Made by a program: the position numbers and the translations under genes. From positions 62,001 to 126,000 of the forward strand of contig JBODTK010000140.1 in the NCBI GenBank assembly GCA_050613775.1: a stretch of DNA of 64,000 nucleotides, written 5' to 3'. The DNA is from Neocallimastix sp. 'constans'. Taxonomy: Eukaryota. The notes beneath the pieces were generated by a model. It saw only the letters and a list, made by a program, of their open reading frames with translations, did no database searches and was not told where the DNA came from. Shown here piece by piece: positions 61,302 to 64,000 of the stretch (the stretch's first letter is position 1; every line of letters begins with the position of its first letter).

Positions 61302-64000
61302 ATGGATACTGTTGATTTTTTAAGTAATATAAATTTATTGAATACCAATAAACCTAATCTTAGTATTCCTGAAAATACTAAAGAATTTATTAATTCGATT
61401 GGAATTCAAACAGATAGAATTAATAAATTGTCTCCTTCTATTCAAGTTCTTCCTTCAAGTATTAAAAATTTAAATAACATAGAATATATAAAAAAATTAA
61501 ATGAAATTAGGAATTCAATTACACCAAATAAAAATATTAGTAATATGGAGAAACCGCCTTCACTTAGTGGTAATTCTATTACTATTCCATCCTCTTGTTC
61601 ATCTGTTCAAAGTGTTGGTCAAGGTATTGTAAATATGAATATAAATACAGAAATGAATTCAAATGCATTAGTTAATTCAATAATTCCTAATCAAACTAAA
61701 GAAGGAGGTATTCCCAATATATCGGTTCTAGATGATATAAATTTATATAAGCCGAAATCTTCTTTTGATTTAACAAATATAAGGAATATTAATAATAATA
61801 ATAATAATATCTTAGATACTTTAAAACTTGATTACGCTGGTATTGATAATTTTCTAAGAACTTCTTCTATGGCATCACTTAATAACGGAAATAGTATTAA
61901 TATGGGATTTTCAAATATCCTCAATACACCAAATCTTTTATCAATTGGAAATTCAGTAAATGCCCTTCCAGGTTTAAACTCATCATCAACTCTTTCATTA
62001 AGTCAAACACCTATTTCTATTAATACTTCAAACTCTATTTCATTGAATCAGATACCAGTTTCTATGAATTCTTCAAATTCTATCCCAATAAGTCAGAATC
62101 CTTTATATTTAAGTCCAATACTCAATCAAAATATTAATAATACTTTACCAATGAATAACGGCGTTGAAAATCAACTTCAATTATTAAATTTAATGAAATT
62201 ATTAAGTAATCAAAAAATTCCAGAAGGTAAAAAGAATAAAACAAATACTATTGGTAGTATAATTATTCCTACTTCATTTCCAACAAATGAAAATGAGAAT
62301 AATTCAAATAATTATTTTGTAAATTCAATTATCGGTAAAACAAATACCGAAAATAATATTACTAGATTATTAAATCAAGTACAGCAACAGCAACAACAAC
62401 CTATTCAATATATACCTTCACCTGTATTAGATTTAAATGATAAAAATGAAATGAATACTATAATAGATGAAGAGAAAGGCATAAATTCAATTAAAAGCAT
62501 TCCATCAATTTTAATTAGTGAAGGATTGGATATTACTAATACATCTACTTCACAGATATCAACAATTTCAAATAAAGAGGAGTTAAATAATGATATAATA
62601 GATAATTTTTTGAAAATTTCACTTCCAAATAAGCAAAATGGGATTAATACTTATGTTCCATTATCACCAGCATTAAGTCCGGTTCTAAACTCCCCGTTAT
62701 TAAATATACCTTCAGATAATGCTTTTGAAAATTGCATAAAGAAAGATGAAAAGAATGACGTTGATTTAATGGAAACATTAAATGATCTATTAAATATCTC
62801 TCCAGAAATAGAATCAATGAATGTTACAAAACCAGTAGAAAATGATGTTGCTGGCTCAATTAATAATAATACTACTAAAAATGAAAGTGAGTTACCTATA
62901 GATAATATACTTGATGATATTATTAATTCTATTAATAATCAAGAAAAGGAGGAATTAATGGATGATGATAGAAAGGATAATAACTATTTAAATATTGACA
63001 ATACATATTTGAATATTCCAGCCACACCAAGATCAATTTCTAGTCCATCAAATTTAAGTGATTGTGATTTTTCCGAATTTTCAAATTTTGTTGATTCTTA
63101 TGATGATATTTCTATAATAAATAATGTTGAAGAAATTTTAAATGAATTAAATGTAAACAAATCATCGAATGGCCTCATGACCACATTTGAAGAAAATGAA
63201 GAAAATGATATTTCATCATTGAATAATCCAATTATAACTATAACTAATGAAACTAATGATATGGTAAAGTTAGATATAGCATGCAATAATGCTAAGAATG
63301 ACGACAGTGATGGTAATGGAAAAGTAATTACTGAAGCTAATGAACAATTAAAAACTGGAAAGAAAAATCCAAGAGGAAGACCAAGAAAGAACAAGAAAAG
63401 TGAGAATACCCCTCTTAAAGAAAAACTTAATAAAACATTTAAAGAATCTACTGATAGTCTTTTATCTACTGAACTTCATATACAACGTATATGTTCTACA
63501 TTAAGTAAGAATAATGATAAAAATATTCAAACCATATCAGAGGCCACAGAAAATCAATACGATATTCAAATGAATAATGTTAAAGATAAGCATGAAACCG
63601 AAAATATATTTGAAAATGATCTCATTTTAAAGAGTGATAATGAAAATAATAATTGCACTTATTTGAATCCTTTACAAGAAGTAGAAGAAGACGAAAGAAA
63701 ATGTAAAGAATGCGAGGAGTTCAAAAAAGAAGAAGAATCAATAGTAAAAGATTACAACTGTAAGGAAAGGAATATAATTAAAGATAATAATGGTGATCAA
63801 ACAAAAAATAAGGATAACGATAATATGAAGAATAAAATTAAACCTGATAATAATAAATCCAACAATATCAATAAAAATAATTCTGAAACAAATAGTGATG
63901 ATAAGGAAGAAATGACAAATAATAATAAAGAAAATATAGATATTGATTCTGATGAAGAAGAATCTCTTTTAATACGAAAGAAAGAAATTCAACAAAATAA
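61302..64000 (+). CDS. Large low-complexity host protein with an AT-hook motif, probably nuclear or chromatin-associated; partial, at least 899 codons
   Basis: Starts MDTVDFLSNINLLN. The frame was spot-checked at KKNPRGRPRKNKK (63360-63398) and at the window end. It is absent from the ORF track, consistent with having no stop in the window. Confidence 0.85.
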   Translation, partial: MDTVDFLSNINLLNTNKPNLSIPENTKEFINSIGIQTDRINKLSPSIQVLPSSIKNLNNIEYIKKLNEIRNSITPNKNISNMEKPPSLSGNSITIPSSCSSVQSVGQGIVNMNINTEMNSNALVNSIIPNQTKEGGIPNISVLDDINLYKPKSSFDLTNIRNINNNNNNILDTLKLDYAGIDNFLRTSSMASLNNGNSINMGFSNILNTPNLLSIGNSVNALPGLNSSSTLSLSQTPISINTSNSISLNQIPVSMNSSNSIPISQNPLYLSPILNQNINNTLPMNNGVENQLQLLNLMKLLSNQKIPEGKKNKTNTIGSIIIPTSFPTNENENNSNNYFVNSIIGKTNTENNITRLLNQVQQQQQQPIQYIPSPVLDLNDKNEMNTIIDEEKGINSIKSIPSILISEGLDITNTSTSQISTISNKEELNNDIIDNFLKISLPNKQNGINTYVPLSPALSPVLNSPLLNIPSDNAFENCIKKDEKNDVDLMETLNDLLNISPEIESMNVTKPVENDVAGSINNNTTKNESELPIDNILDDIINSINNQEKEELMDDDRKDNNYLNIDNTYLNIPATPRSISSPSNLSDCDFSEFSNFVDSYDDISIINNVEEILNELNVNKSSNGLMTTFEENEENDISSLNNPIITITNETNDMVKLDIACNNAKNDDSDGNGKVITEANEQLKTGKKNPRGRPRKNKKSENTPLKEKLNKTFKESTDSLLSTELHIQRICSTLSKNNDKNIQTISEATENQYDIQMNNVKDKHETENIFENDLILKSDNENNNCTYLNPLQEVEEDERKCKECEEFKKEEESIVKDYNCKERNIIKDNNGDQTKNKDNDNMKNKIKPDNNKSNNINKNNSETNSDDKEEMTNNNKENIDIDSDEEESLLIRKKEIQQN

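Noticed and set aside
63098..63394. 98-aa minus-strand ORF
   Set aside because: It is the antisense shadow of the long plus-strand host ORF.

Overview
Very AT-rich eukaryotic DNA read with the standard code. The Asn-rich ORFs, poly-A/T tracts and chromoviral gypsy elements are compatible with an anaerobic gut fungus (Neocallimastigomycota), but this is an inference. Positions 1-47183 form one nest of LTR retrotransposons that can be largely reconstructed from LTR ends and target-site duplications (TSDs). A minus-strand Ty1/copia element is split into three pieces by a solo LTR (A), which itself holds a gag-only element (B), and by a 39-kb chromovirus (E). The LTR of E carries tRNA-type RNA polymerase III A and B boxes. 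Four different non-chromoviral Ty3/gypsy insertions (solo LTR C, H, G, F) are stacked head-to-tail at one point 21 bp upstream of that A box, all in the same orientation and each separated by a 4-bp AAAA TSD. A second stack (J plus solo LTR G', CTGA TSDs) sits at the equivalent position of an inverted E-like LTR end. The nest shows three priming modes: 3'-end tRNA-Ala/Lys priming, half-tRNA-Lys(CUU) priming, and Tf1-like self-priming in chromovirus K. Three elements share a UUUAAAC plus hairpin -1 frameshift signal. Positions 47184-61301 are AT-rich intergenic DNA with degenerate repeats. A long host ORF with an AT-hook starts at 61302 and runs off the window. All alignments and foldings were done by eye.
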